Source: a virus
Lineage: Duplodnaviria > Heunggongvirae > Uroviricota > Caudoviricetes
Direction: 5' to 3' (one strand)
IMG/VR virus record: IMGVR_UViG_2579778753_000003
Length of the DNA stretch: 41,460 nucleotides
Position numbers and translations under genes: made by a program
The notes under the pieces: generated by a model
The model's database searches: none
What the model was told of the DNA's origin: nothing
Seen by the model: only the letters and a program-made list of their open reading frames with translations
In this document: in pieces, positions 27,451-36,959 of the stretch
Numbering within the stretch: position 1 is the stretch's first letter
Layout: the number at the start of each line of letters is the position of its first letter

Positions 27451-28475
27451 ACCTCGGTTTACAGGAAACGGTAAACAAGGCTGGTAACGCCGTCCAAAAG
27501 ACAGGCGATATCTTGTCCGGTGGGCTTACTTTTGAAAACGACTCAATCCTTGCCTGGATTCGGAATACTGACTGGGCAAAGATTGGTTTTAAAAATGATG
27601 CCGACAGCGATACTGATTCATACATGTGGTTTGAAACAGGCGACAACGGCAATGAATATTTCAAATGGAGAAGCAAACAAAGCACCACAACAAAAGACCT
27701 GATGAATCTTAAATGGGATGCTTTGTCTGTTCTTGTTAAAGCCCTTTTCAGCAGTGAAGTAAAAATATCGACAGTCAATGCACTGAGGATATTTAATTCA
27801 TCTTTTGGTGCTATTTTTCGCCGTTCTGAAGAATGTCTTCATATCATCCCTACCCGAGAAAATGAGGGGGAAAATGGCGATATAGGGCCACTACGCCCCT
27901 TTACGCTTAATCTCAGAACTGGTCGCATAACTATGGGGCATGGTCTGGATGTTACAGGAGATATATTTGCAAACCGTTTTTTAATTAACAGCAGTACAGG
28001 CATGTGGATTCATATGCGTGACCAGAACGTTATTATGGGACGTAATGCGGTATCCACTGATGGTGCTCAGGCTTTGCTCCGTCAGGACCATGCCGACCGC
28101 AAATTTATGATTGGCGGTCTGGGAAATAAGCAATTTGGCATCTACATGATTAATAATTCAAGGACAGCCAATGGCACCGATGGTCAGGCGTACATGGATA
28201 ATAACGGAAACTGGCTTTGCGGTGCGCAAGTTATTCCCGGCAACTATGGCAATTTTGATTCCAGATATGTGAAAGATGTTCGACTTGGTTCACAGCAATA
28301 TTATAGAGTGAACAACTGGCAAACATGGAATTTCCAGTGCCCGTCAGGTCATGTATTGTCTGGTATTAATGTTCAGGATACAGGGTCCAACTCTGCCGAT
28401 AATATAGCGGGCGTTTATTACAGACCCGTTCAAAAGTATATAAATGGCACCTGGTATAATGTAGCGAGCGTTTAA
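27451..28475 (+). CDS. Duplicate (mirror) copy of cassette 2
   Basis: Identical translation to 26425-27387 on the opposite strand. Confidence 0.65.
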
Positions 28476-28476
28476 T

Positions 28477-29004
28477 ATGATGCACTTAAAGAACATAAAA
28501 GCGGGTAACGCTAAAACACTGGAACAGTATGAGTTAACAAAGAAACACGGAGTTATCTGGCTTTACTCTGAGGACGGAAAAAACTGGTATGAGGAAGTGA
28601 AAAACTTTCAGCCAGACACAATAAAGATTGTTTACGATGCAAATAATATTATTGTCGCCATCACTAAAGATGCCTCCACGCTTAACCCTGAAGGTTTTAG
28701 CGTCGTTGAGGTTCCAGATATTACAGCCAACCGCCGCGCTGATGATTCAGGAAAGTGGATGTTTAAGGATGGAGCTGTAGTTAAACGGATTTATACGGCA
28801 GACGAACAGCAACAACAAGCCGAATCACAAAAGGCCGCATTGCTTTCCGAAGCTGAATCAGTCATCCAGCCGCTGGAACGCGCTGTCAGGCTGAATATGG
28901 CAACAGACGAGGAACGCACACGACTGGAAGCATGGGAACGCTACAGTGTTCTGGTCAGCCGTGTGGATACGGCAAATCCTGAATGGCCACAAAAGCCTGA
29001 ATAA
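28477..29004 (+). CDS. Duplicate (mirror) copy of the alternative tail fibre assembly gene
   Basis: Identical translation to 25896-26423 on the opposite strand. Confidence 0.7.
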   Translation: MMHLKNIKAGNAKTLEQYELTKKHGVIWLYSEDGKNWYEEVKNFQPDTIKIVYDANNIIVAITKDASTLNPEGFSVVEVPDITANRRADDSGKWMFKDGAVVKRIYTADEQQQQAESQKAALLSEAESVIQPLERAVRLNMATDEERTRLEAWERYSVLVSRVDTANPEWPQKPE

Positions 29005-29032
29005 AAATTAAGGCCCGCTATCGGGCCTTGTC

Positions 29033-29566
29033 TCATTCAGGTTGTTCGGGAAATGTTACTGGCAGGCTGGAGGTGTCTGTAGATTCGACTTTCTGCGCAT
29101 AGAGCATCCACTCGGTTAATTTTTGTTTATTCTCGTCGGAAATGATGCCCAGCCGTAGCTGTGAGTCCCATAGCTGGGTTTTATCCCTAACGAGCTGTAG
29201 CAGGCTTTGCTTTTCATTTTCCGCCTGCTGCCTCTGCTCTTCCTCGGTATAAGTTCGCTTTACCACTACGCCATCTTTGAACATCCATTTACCCGAAATG
29301 TCAGCACGGCGATTTGCTGTAATATCAGGTAATTCAACGACGCTTGCGCCTTCCGGATTAATTGCTGAAACATCCTTTTCAATACAAATAATAACGCCGT
29401 TATGGTCATAGACCATTTTCAAAGTGTCTGGCTGGAAATTCTTTTGTTCCTCATACCAGTTTTTTCCATTCTCTGAATAAAGCCATTTGATGTTAAATTG
29501 TTTCGTTAGCTGGTATTGCTCTTTTGTTTTAGGGTTGCCAGCAGTAATGTTTTTTAAGTGCATCAT
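29033..29566 (-). CDS. Duplicate (mirror) copy of the gpG-like tail fibre assembly gene
   Basis: Identical translation to 25334-25867 on the opposite strand. Confidence 0.7.
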   Translation of the reverse strand: MMHLKNITAGNPKTKEQYQLTKQFNIKWLYSENGKNWYEEQKNFQPDTLKMVYDHNGVIICIEKDVSAINPEGASVVELPDITANRRADISGKWMFKDGVVVKRTYTEEEQRQQAENEKQSLLQLVRDKTQLWDSQLRLGIISDENKQKLTEWMLYAQKVESTDTSSLPVTFPEQPE

Positions 29567-29568
29567 CG

Positions 29569-30508
29569 TTAAATACTCCCCGCGTTATACCACGTCCCAT
29601 TAATGCAATACTGAATTGGCCTTGCCTGAGTTGTATCAATTAATTCATCACGGTTTCCGTTAACTGAACCCGTAACGACATAACCTGACCTGTCAGACCA
29701 GCCGGGACCATTCCATGTCTGAACAGATGACAGACCGCCAAGGCGAATACCTGTAATAAACCTTGAGTTACATTCTGCCTGCGTGTATGCACCAACATCT
29801 CCCGCAGAGGGTTTGCGGGTCGTGGTGTAAAACTCTGACCAGTCAGCCTCAAATCCATAACCATCACGCGCTGAACGATAAAAAATACCGCCGTTCCTGT
29901 AATTCACGCGGAACTGTACAGCAGGGCAGCTCCCCGTATTCATATTGAAGTGGAGGATTAATGTCGATGCGCCACCAATGTTTGCGTTATAGACCCCGCT
30001 ATTCCAGTTCCAGCCAACAGCTTTATCATTTCCGACAGTGCTTCCTGTTTGCCCTAAAGCAAATGCAGGTTGTTGATTTTTCGTGTTGTAGTCTCGTCGC
30101 CAGCCAGGAGCGTAAGCATCACCATGATTAATATAAGTGAATTGAGCGTTAGTAATTCCGCCACCGCTGGACGTGCTCGGCGTGGTAACGCGTATGGTCA
30201 TTGCGCCGCGAGTGCCAATAACTTCCACCACAGCACCTGCAAGACAAATATTTCCGCAACCTGTATCTGTAATGACCTTATTATTTGCATAAGCCCATGA
30301 GCCTTTGCACATCCAGTAAGGATGGTTAAATGCTCCCTGACTCTCCAGCCACGAAATAAATTGCGCGGTTGTCCAGACCTGACTATCGCCACCAATATCC
30401 AGCCATGCGCTATATGCGCGGCAGGCCCCAATATTTTTGGTGAAGGTATCTTTTCCCGGAATATCTGCGCCGTTCTGGTTTTTCTGTAATGCGCCAGAAG
30501 CCTGATTT
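29569..30508 (-). CDS. Duplicate (mirror) copy of cassette 1 (promoterless)
   Basis: Translation identical to the tail-fibre C-terminus; frame is open up to the gixR-like site. Confidence 0.65.
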
Positions 30509-30513
30509 ACCGT

Positions 30514-30539
30514 TTCCTGTAAACCGAGGTTTTAGATAA
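30514..30539. other. Invertase crossover site gixR-like
   Basis: ttcctgtaaacc-ga-ggttttagataa; mirror of the left site with two outer-arm mismatches; 37 bp upstream of the invertase gene. Confidence 0.7.
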
Positions 30540-30575
30540 TGGCCGTTTCCGGCCTGCATGGCATGATTTGCGCTT

Positions 30576-31181
30576 TTGGACGGGAGATTCAGCGTGCTGA
30601 TTGGCTATGTAAGGGTATCAACAAATGACCAGAATACAGACCTGCAACGAAACGCTCTTGTTTGTGCAGGATGTGAACAAATATTTGAAGATAAATTAAG
30701 CGGGACAAAGACAGACCGACCGGGATTAAAACGCGCTTTAAAGCGCCTTCAAAAAGGTGACACGCTGGTTGTCTGGAAACTGGATCGCCTCGGGCGAAGC
30801 ATGAAACATCTGATTTCTCTCGTCGGGGAACTACGGGAGCGAGGAATTAATTTTCGCAGTCTGACCGACAGCATAGATACATCTTCTCCAATGGGGCGTT
30901 TTTTCTTCCACGTGATGGGTGCCCTGGCTGAAATGGAACGTGAATTAATTGTTGAACGTACACTGGCCGGACTGGCGGCAGCACGCGCACGGGGGCGCAC
31001 AGGCGGACGTCGACCGAAGCTGACAAAAGAACAGCATGAGCAAATAGCAAGGCTGATCAAAAACGGGCACGACAGAAAACAACTGGCAATAATTTACGGC
31101 ATTGGTATATCGACGATTTATCGTTACCACCCCGCAGGAGAATCAATCGGAACAATAGAGAAGAGTCAGGAAACAAAATAA
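30576..31181 (+). CDS. Serine DNA invertase (Gin/Cin/Pin/Hin family)
   Basis: LIGYVRVSTNDQNTDLQRNAL...DTLVVWKLDRLGRSMKHLI... with a C-terminal helix-turn-helix (GISTIYRY); an alternative GTG start at 30594 gives the canonical N-terminus. Confidence 0.9.
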   Translation: MDGRFSVLIGYVRVSTNDQNTDLQRNALVCAGCEQIFEDKLSGTKTDRPGLKRALKRLQKGDTLVVWKLDRLGRSMKHLISLVGELRERGINFRSLTDSIDTSSPMGRFFFHVMGALAEMERELIVERTLAGLAAARARGRTGGRRPKLTKEQHEQIARLIKNGHDRKQLAIIYGIGISTIYRYHPAGESIGTIEKSQETK

Positions 31182-31212
31182 CCGCTAATCTGACCATTAG
31201 CGGTTTTTGTGT
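31182..31212. terminator. Bidirectional intrinsic terminator
   Basis: ccgctaat-ctgacc-attagcgg (8-bp stem) followed by TTTTTGT on the plus strand and a U-rich run on the minus strand; lies between the convergent invertase and gpU-like genes. Confidence 0.6.
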
Positions 31213-31216
31213 TAAA

Positions 31217-31711
31217 TCAGAACAGCCCTTTAACTGAACTGGCCGCGCTGTTAAGAGATGATGTCACCTTATCTTTGAAGCCGGACAGCATATCGCTGAA
31301 TGATGAGGATTGCAGGCGCTCCCGCAAATCCTCATCACAGCGTTCAAGGGTCAGTGAAAATTCTATCTTTTTCGCCTTACCGTAGCGATCAAACTCGGAA
31401 CGGGTCGTATTCGTTTCAGTCAGCACATACATGCCGTAAATCTGCCCGACACCATCAATCAGAGGCCAGGGGCGTCCTGTATATGCCTGCGTGGTCAGCA
31501 ACGAAAGCGACACTTCGCCACCTGTAATTTCAGGATAAAGCACGCCGGAAAGCACAATGCGATCATCACCTGCACCTATATACTGCCAGCTTGCTGAACG
31601 GTTAACGCGTTCATTTTTCACATGCCGCCAGCTTTTGTTTTGCTGTAACTGCTGATGCGGCAGTGTGCGCAGCTCAAAAACAAACATGCCGTAGATCATC
31701 ATCATGACCAT
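31217..31711 (-). CDS. U: Tail protein (P2 gpU-like)
   Basis: N-terminus MVMMMIYGMFVFELRTLPHQQ resembles recalled gpU (MMMVLGLFVFMLQTVPYQE). Confidence 0.8.
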   Translation of the reverse strand: MVMMMIYGMFVFELRTLPHQQLQQNKSWRHVKNERVNRSASWQYIGAGDDRIVLSGVLYPEITGGEVSLSLLTTQAYTGRPWPLIDGVGQIYGMYVLTETNTTRSEFDRYGKAKKIEFSLTLERCDEDLRERLQSSSFSDMLSGFKDKVTSSLNSAASSVKGLF

Positions 31712-31717
31712 GACTCC

Positions 31718-34534
31718 TCAATCTTTATCGTAAAAACTGCCACGTCCGGCACGGGCGCGCCGTTCCATCTCTGCCCTGACCATTTCACCGACCAGTTTCG
31801 CCAGTTCGCGGGGATTCTGCGTAACAACGTTATGCAGATGAACATGAATTTCACCGCCAAATCTGGAGACAGCAGGCTCCCGGTTACGGGAAGCTGCAGG
31901 AACTGATGCCACTGGCGATCGTATGGCCTCCGCCACCGGGCGGGAGCTGGCCGCAACAACAGGGACCAGCGCCGGAGGCAGCGGAGCCGGGACTACGGGT
32001 GTGATATTAATTGCGGGGGCAGGCTTACTGACCTGCGCAATCTTCCGCTCCTGCCACTCCCCACGAACAGCAAGTGCGCGGGGCAGGTTCTTAAAGACAA
32101 TATCGCCAGGGCCAATGCGTTTTTTCGTCTCATCAACCAGCTTACCTGTGTTATCAGCAATTTTGCTGAGTCTGCGTAGCGTCCCGGTATTGCTGTCTGT
32201 GAGCGGTTTGTTGTCTTTGGGTTTATCACCTCCGGTGCCATTGCCATTTTCCACAGGCTTCGGCGGATTGATTTTCGCAAGGTCCCCCTGAAGCAAGGCA
32301 ACCTTGTCCTGAAGAATGGCCGCACGCTGTGCGTCTTCGATTTTCTTGCGCGCCTTTTCCGCTTCATCCGGAAGGACGCCAAGTTTTTCAAGTATCCACG
32401 CCAGCGTATCCAGTAGCATTTTTGCAGGTGTCAGAACAAGCTGTAACGCACCGCCAAGAACGTTACCGAATATCTCGCCAGCACTGGTACATTTATCCAG
32501 CGTTTCCTTGCTGGACTCCATCGGTGACAGCAGCGATTTAAACCAGTTAAACACCTGGCTGATCCCGCTTCCGATTGCGTCAAAAACAGGACCAAACCGT
32601 TCAAAGGTTTCGCGCAACGGGGTCAGCCTTTCCATAATCCCGCTGAACACCCCGGCAAAAAATGCCCTGATGGGATCCCAGTATTTCCAGATAAGAACGG
32701 CAGCTCCGGCAAGCGCAGCCACGATAAGACCAACCGGACTGATCAGCGCCCCGATAGCGCCTCCCAGTAAAGAAACGGAACCCGTCACCATTCCCCATAG
32801 TGCTGGCAGGACCCTGACAGCATTCATTGATCCGGTCAGGAGAGAAAAACCGAGACGTAACGTAGCCAGCTTCCCGTGAAGCACCCCAATAACCAGAGAC
32901 AACGAACCAACCGTTGCTGTTGTCGCCAGCAGTGCACCTCCCGCTATCAGTAACTGGCGCGTCAGTGCCGGATGGGCCTGCGCCAGTGCCGTCACTTTTG
33001 AGACCACCCGCGTGAGCCACTGCGTGACAGAACGCAGCGGACCGTCAATCAGATCTGCAATGCGGATTCGCAACCCTTCCCATGCACTGCCGAGTGATTT
33101 CAGATCGCCGTCAAGGTTGTTGGCCATAACCTTTGCTGTGCGTTCAGCCTCACCGCGCGCGCCTTCAAGTTCTTTTCTCAGTTTGGGTAAGGAACCGTCA
33201 CCCGCTGCATCAACGAGCGCCATAAACGATGTGAAAGCCTCTTCTCCGGCAATGTCCTTAAAGAACGATACCCGGTCAACTTCCCCGTATTTGCGGGTGG
33301 CTTTATAAAGGTCGGCCAGCACATCCTCCATCGGGCGCATTTTGCCCCCGGCATCCGAGACGGACACGCCCAGCTCTTTCAGAGCTTCTGCCGCCGCCTT
33401 TGGCGGTGATGCCAGACGAGCCAGGCTGGCACGCATTGCCGTCCCGGCATCACTCCCTCTGATGCCCATATTCGCCAGCACGCCAGCCATCGCTGCGGCC
33501 TGCTCCAGCGATATTCCCAGCTTACCCGCCACCGGACCTGCATATTTCATGGTTTCGCCCAGTGCGCGAAGGTCAGTGTTGGTACGGGTAAACGCTGCGG
33601 TGAGTGTGTCACCGACCCGGTCCATCTGGTCAGCAGAAAGGCCGAACTGCGTCAGGATATTTGAGCCAATATCTGCCGTCTCGCCGAGATCCATACCGCC
33701 AGCCGTTGCCATGCTCAGCACGCCGGGAAGCGCAGCCTGAATGGCCTGCGGAGTGAAGCCAGCCATTGCAAGAAATGCCTGTCCACTGGCGGCATCGCCT
33801 GCGGTGAACTGCGTTTCAGAGCCAAGTTTTAACGCCTGCTCACGCAGCGCCTTAAACTGCGGGCTGTTCTGGTCGATTCGCGTCAGTGCCTGAACGCGGG
33901 ACATCTCTTTGCCGAACCCGATCGCAGGCTGCAAAAAACGCCCGGCAGCATAGCCGCCCGCCGCTGCCGCACCAATTGCCAGCGCACCACCTGTTTTCAG
34001 TTTTCCCGCTGTTTCCTGCGCGCGCGAATACCGCTCACGCGCCCGCGTTACACGCGCAAGCGCCTGCCGTTCGCGTTCAAGCTGGTTGTTGTACTGTTCG
34101 GTGCGTCTGATGGCCTGCTGGATGGTGTTATCGCTGCCTGTCAGGGAAATGCCGTGGCGTTTCAGCTCTCCGCCAAGCTCCCGCATTTTCTGAATTTCCC
34201 GTGTGCGCGATTCATTCAGGCGTTCAAGCCGGGTGCTTAACTGCTGCATCAGCTTTTGTTGTTTTTCGCTGAGCACTGTACCCGTGCGTTGTAACTGATT
34301 AAGGGCGTTAAGCTGGCGTCGTGCTTTCACGATGCCAGCATCCGCTTTACTGACAGCGTCACGGGCGCGCTCAAATGAACGCGCCTGACGCTCGAGATTT
34401 TTGATCGCCCCCTGCGTTCGCTGGATGGAGTCACCAAACTGCCCCATCAGGCGGCGGGCGTTTTCGGCAGGCCGGGTCAGCCTGTCAACGGCGCTGAAAG
34501 CGACCCGGATATCAAGAGTCTTCATTATCTGCAT
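31718..34534 (-). CDS. T: Tail tape measure protein (P2 gpT-like)
   Basis: 938 aa, coiled-coil N-terminal half and glycine/alanine-rich hydrophobic middle, upstream of the gpU-like gene. Confidence 0.85.
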   Translation of the reverse strand: MQIMKTLDIRVAFSAVDRLTRPAENARRLMGQFGDSIQRTQGAIKNLERQARSFERARDAVSKADAGIVKARRQLNALNQLQRTGTVLSEKQQKLMQQLSTRLERLNESRTREIQKMRELGGELKRHGISLTGSDNTIQQAIRRTEQYNNQLERERQALARVTRARERYSRAQETAGKLKTGGALAIGAAAAGGYAAGRFLQPAIGFGKEMSRVQALTRIDQNSPQFKALREQALKLGSETQFTAGDAASGQAFLAMAGFTPQAIQAALPGVLSMATAGGMDLGETADIGSNILTQFGLSADQMDRVGDTLTAAFTRTNTDLRALGETMKYAGPVAGKLGISLEQAAAMAGVLANMGIRGSDAGTAMRASLARLASPPKAAAEALKELGVSVSDAGGKMRPMEDVLADLYKATRKYGEVDRVSFFKDIAGEEAFTSFMALVDAAGDGSLPKLRKELEGARGEAERTAKVMANNLDGDLKSLGSAWEGLRIRIADLIDGPLRSVTQWLTRVVSKVTALAQAHPALTRQLLIAGGALLATTATVGSLSLVIGVLHGKLATLRLGFSLLTGSMNAVRVLPALWGMVTGSVSLLGGAIGALISPVGLIVAALAGAAVLIWKYWDPIRAFFAGVFSGIMERLTPLRETFERFGPVFDAIGSGISQVFNWFKSLLSPMESSKETLDKCTSAGEIFGNVLGGALQLVLTPAKMLLDTLAWILEKLGVLPDEAEKARKKIEDAQRAAILQDKVALLQGDLAKINPPKPVENGNGTGGDKPKDNKPLTDSNTGTLRRLSKIADNTGKLVDETKKRIGPGDIVFKNLPRALAVRGEWQERKIAQVSKPAPAINITPVVPAPLPPALVPVVAASSRPVAEAIRSPVASVPAASRNREPAVSRFGGEIHVHLHNVVTQNPRELAKLVGEMVRAEMERRARAGRGSFYDKD

Positions 34535-34778
34535 TCCCGCTGCGAAGTGCCGCCCGCTCGCGCCAGCTAACCACTTCGCCGGGCGTCATCATGAAGATTT
34601 CGGCGGGCGACCAGTTAAAAATGGCGGCAATATCCGCCACCAGATCTTCGATGTGCTCAAAGCACACCAGGGTGATTACGCTGCCGTCTCCTGCACGCTC
34701 TTCGCGCCAGAGTCTGGCTCGCTCATAAAATTTACAGCCACAGCGCACAACTGAATAAAATCGCGTGACGACATTTTT
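34512..34778 (-). other. E' frameshift extension (programmed -1 shift from the gpE frame)
   Basis: The -1 frame is open from the A7 slippery run (mRNA AUUAAAAAAAUG, plus-strand T7 at 34774-34780) to 34512, overlapping the 3' end of the gpE-like gene and the tape-measure start. Confidence 0.5.
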
Positions 34779-35050
34779 TTAATCATCACTTCATCCAGTC
34801 GTGGCGAGGTCACGCGAGGCAACAGCGTAAACATGGTATCCGCTTTCAGATTCAGCACATCAGACAGCGACAGACCACGCAGGGATCCAGCCTGCTCAAT
34901 AGCCCCGGTGATCTCCACATACGTGATTTTTTCGCCACCACGCTCAATTGGTCGGGTCAGTTTTACGCCACGTTCGACAGCCATATCCTCACCTGCCGTC
35001 ACATCATCCGCCACGGTGTTATTCCGGGTTTCAGTATCGATGTCTTTCAT
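34676..35050 (-). CDS. E: Tail assembly chaperone (P2 gpE-like)
   Basis: 124 aa with AAGGAG Shine-Dalgarno; sits between the tube and tape-measure genes and has a slippery A7 run near its 3' end. Confidence 0.7.
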   Translation of the reverse strand: MKDIDTETRNNTVADDVTAGEDMAVERGVKLTRPIERGGEKITYVEITGAIEQAGSLRGLSLSDVLNLKADTMFTLLPRVTSPRLDEVMIKKMSSRDFIQLCAVAVNFMSEPDSGAKSVQETAA

Positions 35051-35105
35051 CAGTTGTCTCCTTTTCAGTCAGAGGCGACGCACTGCGCCGCCTGCATATT
35101 ACTTA

Positions 35106-35618
35106 TCAGCCAAGCCCAAGCGCGGAACGGATACGGTCAGGCACAATGTCCTTGCCGTCCTTCCGGTAGATGTGGTTCAACAGGTCGATTTCCCACAGCG
35201 GGCGATCGTTAACGCTCAGCTTGTAGTAGGTGTTTTTGACAGCGTAAGTGTGTGATGTGGCTTCGCCCTGTTTGGCTTCCCCCATATCAATTTCCGTCAC
35301 ACGCCCGCGCATCTCGATTTCATACAGATCGCTTTCTGCATCGGTGTAGTATTCACCCGCAAAACGCAGCAGCGTGCCGTCAATCGTGCCGCCATATTTA
35401 AGGAACAGCGCACGAACAGCTCCCCCCATGACAAAACTCGCATCAAGCGCGGAGTCGTCCAGACCGAGATCAATACTTACCGCCCCCATCATGCCACCAC
35501 CACGATAGCTGTCGGTTTTGCGCGTCAGTTTGGGCGGCGTGACGGATGTCACTTTACCCACTTCGTTTTCACCATCCACAAACAACGTAAAAAAGCGAAG
35601 ATGTTTTGGTACAGCCAT
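35106..35618 (-). CDS. FII: Tail tube protein (P2 gpFII-like)
   Basis: 170 aa directly after the sheath gene. Confidence 0.85.
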   Translation of the reverse strand: MAVPKHLRFFTLFVDGENEVGKVTSVTPPKLTRKTDSYRGGGMMGAVSIDLGLDDSALDASFVMGGAVRALFLKYGGTIDGTLLRFAGEYYTDAESDLYEIEMRGRVTEIDMGEAKQGEATSHTYAVKNTYYKLSVNDRPLWEIDLLNHIYRKDGKDIVPDRIRSALGLG

Positions 35619-36802
35619 CAGGCACCTCCCAGCACCGCAAATGCGGGACCAAAGAATTCATCAGTAAACGTCTGGTAAAGCTCCATGTCTTCCAGCGGGG
35701 GAACAGGCGTATATTTGTAGCGAATACGCACACGTCCCTGACGTAAATTCGTGGTGCCGTTATCCACCACGTCATACCAGCACTCCGCACCAATCAGTTT
35801 CCCGGCAGTAACCAGCGAATCCAGTTTTGCCCTGATGGCGCTGATAACATCCTTCACGTTCGCAGGTGTCAGTGGACTGTCGATGGTTTCAAACTGCGCT
35901 TCCGCAATTGAATCAGCCAGCACCTGTGCGGTTCGGGTATACACCTCAAAGATGTAGGCGTTCGTTTCCGGTGTGCGGTTGCCCCAGAAGCGGAACCCGT
36001 TGCGACGAATAATGGTCGTGATTTCTTTGTTGTTGAGGCTGTTGGCATCGCTGTCTTCGGCCTGCAACGACCAGAACACATGCCTGGACATTCCCAGCAC
36101 ATTTTTAACCGGAACGTTGGACAGCGATTTGTGCCAGCCCTGCTCATGGTCAATGTACGCACGAAGGCCGCACGCATAAGCAGGCGCGGGGAACGTTTCG
36201 TTTTTGCCACTTTTCGGGTTGTAGGCGATGAAGTCCGGCCATAAGAGCATCACCTCACGTTCGTTGAATTTCTGGCGGTAGGTAATCGCCTCAGCCATCG
36301 TGTTACAGCCGTGACATGAGGCATACACAAACGCGCGCAGTTTACCTGCAATCACGCACAGGGATTTTGTTACAGCCTCCGTGTCCAGCTCCGGCGCGGC
36401 CAGAATACGCGGACGGTATCCGATGCTTTCATCCTGCTCTGCAACAAGCAGCGCATACATCCCCGTATAGCTGCCGTCATCCTCAGAACCACCGATAACC
36501 AGTTGATCCTGCGTCTTTCCGTCTTCTTCTTTGTGTTCAGCCACGCGAACGACGATCACCTTTGTGCTCACCTGGTCTGCGATGGCCTTAAGCGCACGAT
36601 AAAGCGTCCCCGTTGTCCCGCATTTTCCCAGCACGTCATTGACGCGGGTCAGCAGTGTGGGCTTATTCAGCGGGAACAGCTTCGCGTCCGCATCATCCGC
36701 CGTTGCCACGATACCGATAACGCTGGAATCAACATCGTTAATCGCTGTTACCAGGTCGGTATTTTCCGTAACACGGGCACCATGAAAACGAGTTTCACTC
36801 AT
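35618..36802 (-). CDS. FI: Tail sheath protein (P2 gpFI-like)
   Basis: 394 aa; first gene of the sheath-tube-chaperone-tape measure-gpU block. Confidence 0.9.
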   Translation of the reverse strand: MSETRFHGARVTENTDLVTAINDVDSSVIGIVATADDADAKLFPLNKPTLLTRVNDVLGKCGTTGTLYRALKAIADQVSTKVIVVRVAEHKEEDGKTQDQLVIGGSEDDGSYTGMYALLVAEQDESIGYRPRILAAPELDTEAVTKSLCVIAGKLRAFVYASCHGCNTMAEAITYRQKFNEREVMLLWPDFIAYNPKSGKNETFPAPAYACGLRAYIDHEQGWHKSLSNVPVKNVLGMSRHVFWSLQAEDSDANSLNNKEITTIIRRNGFRFWGNRTPETNAYIFEVYTRTAQVLADSIAEAQFETIDSPLTPANVKDVISAIRAKLDSLVTAGKLIGAECWYDVVDNGTTNLRQGRVRIRYKYTPVPPLEDMELYQTFTDEFFGPAFAVLGGA

Positions 36803-36959
36803 AGCTTCAGCCCCTTGTATCCGTTAAATGATTCGGCAACAATCATCACCCACCACGCGCGTAATCTCACCCCTGCGCCGTTCTCCCGACCCGGCGACAA
36901 CAAAAAGCAGTACCCCCCTCCGCACGCACATGCGACCATGCCGCACAGGGAGGGAACAG

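Larger units (their letters stand above)
24370..30530. repeat. 6.1-kb perfect palindrome: the tail-fibre cassette set joined to its own inverted copy (centre 27450)
   Basis: Arms 24370-27449 and 27451-30530 are mirror images; every mirrored ORF pair in the track translates identically (320, 175, 177 and 247 aa, plus small ORFs). Confidence 0.9.

Noticed and set aside
27122-27778. ORFs 27122-27451 (+) and 27413-27778 (-) with near-identical translations spanning the palindrome centre
   Set aside because: They are mirror-image reading artefacts created by the palindrome, antisense to the cassette 2 coding sequence.
24370-30530. CRISPR array or insertion-sequence explanation for the large repeats
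   Set aside because: The repeats are two 3-kb inverted arms encoding tail-fibre cassettes, not short spacer-interspaced direct repeats, and there is no cas gene or transposase; the only recombinase nearby is the serine invertase.
31923-34110. Plus-strand ORFs antisense to the tape-measure gene, and similar antisense ORFs in the terminase, portal, capsid and sheath genes
   Set aside because: Serine/proline/arginine-rich translations without Shine-Dalgarno sequences, fully contained in well-supported structural genes on the opposite strand.
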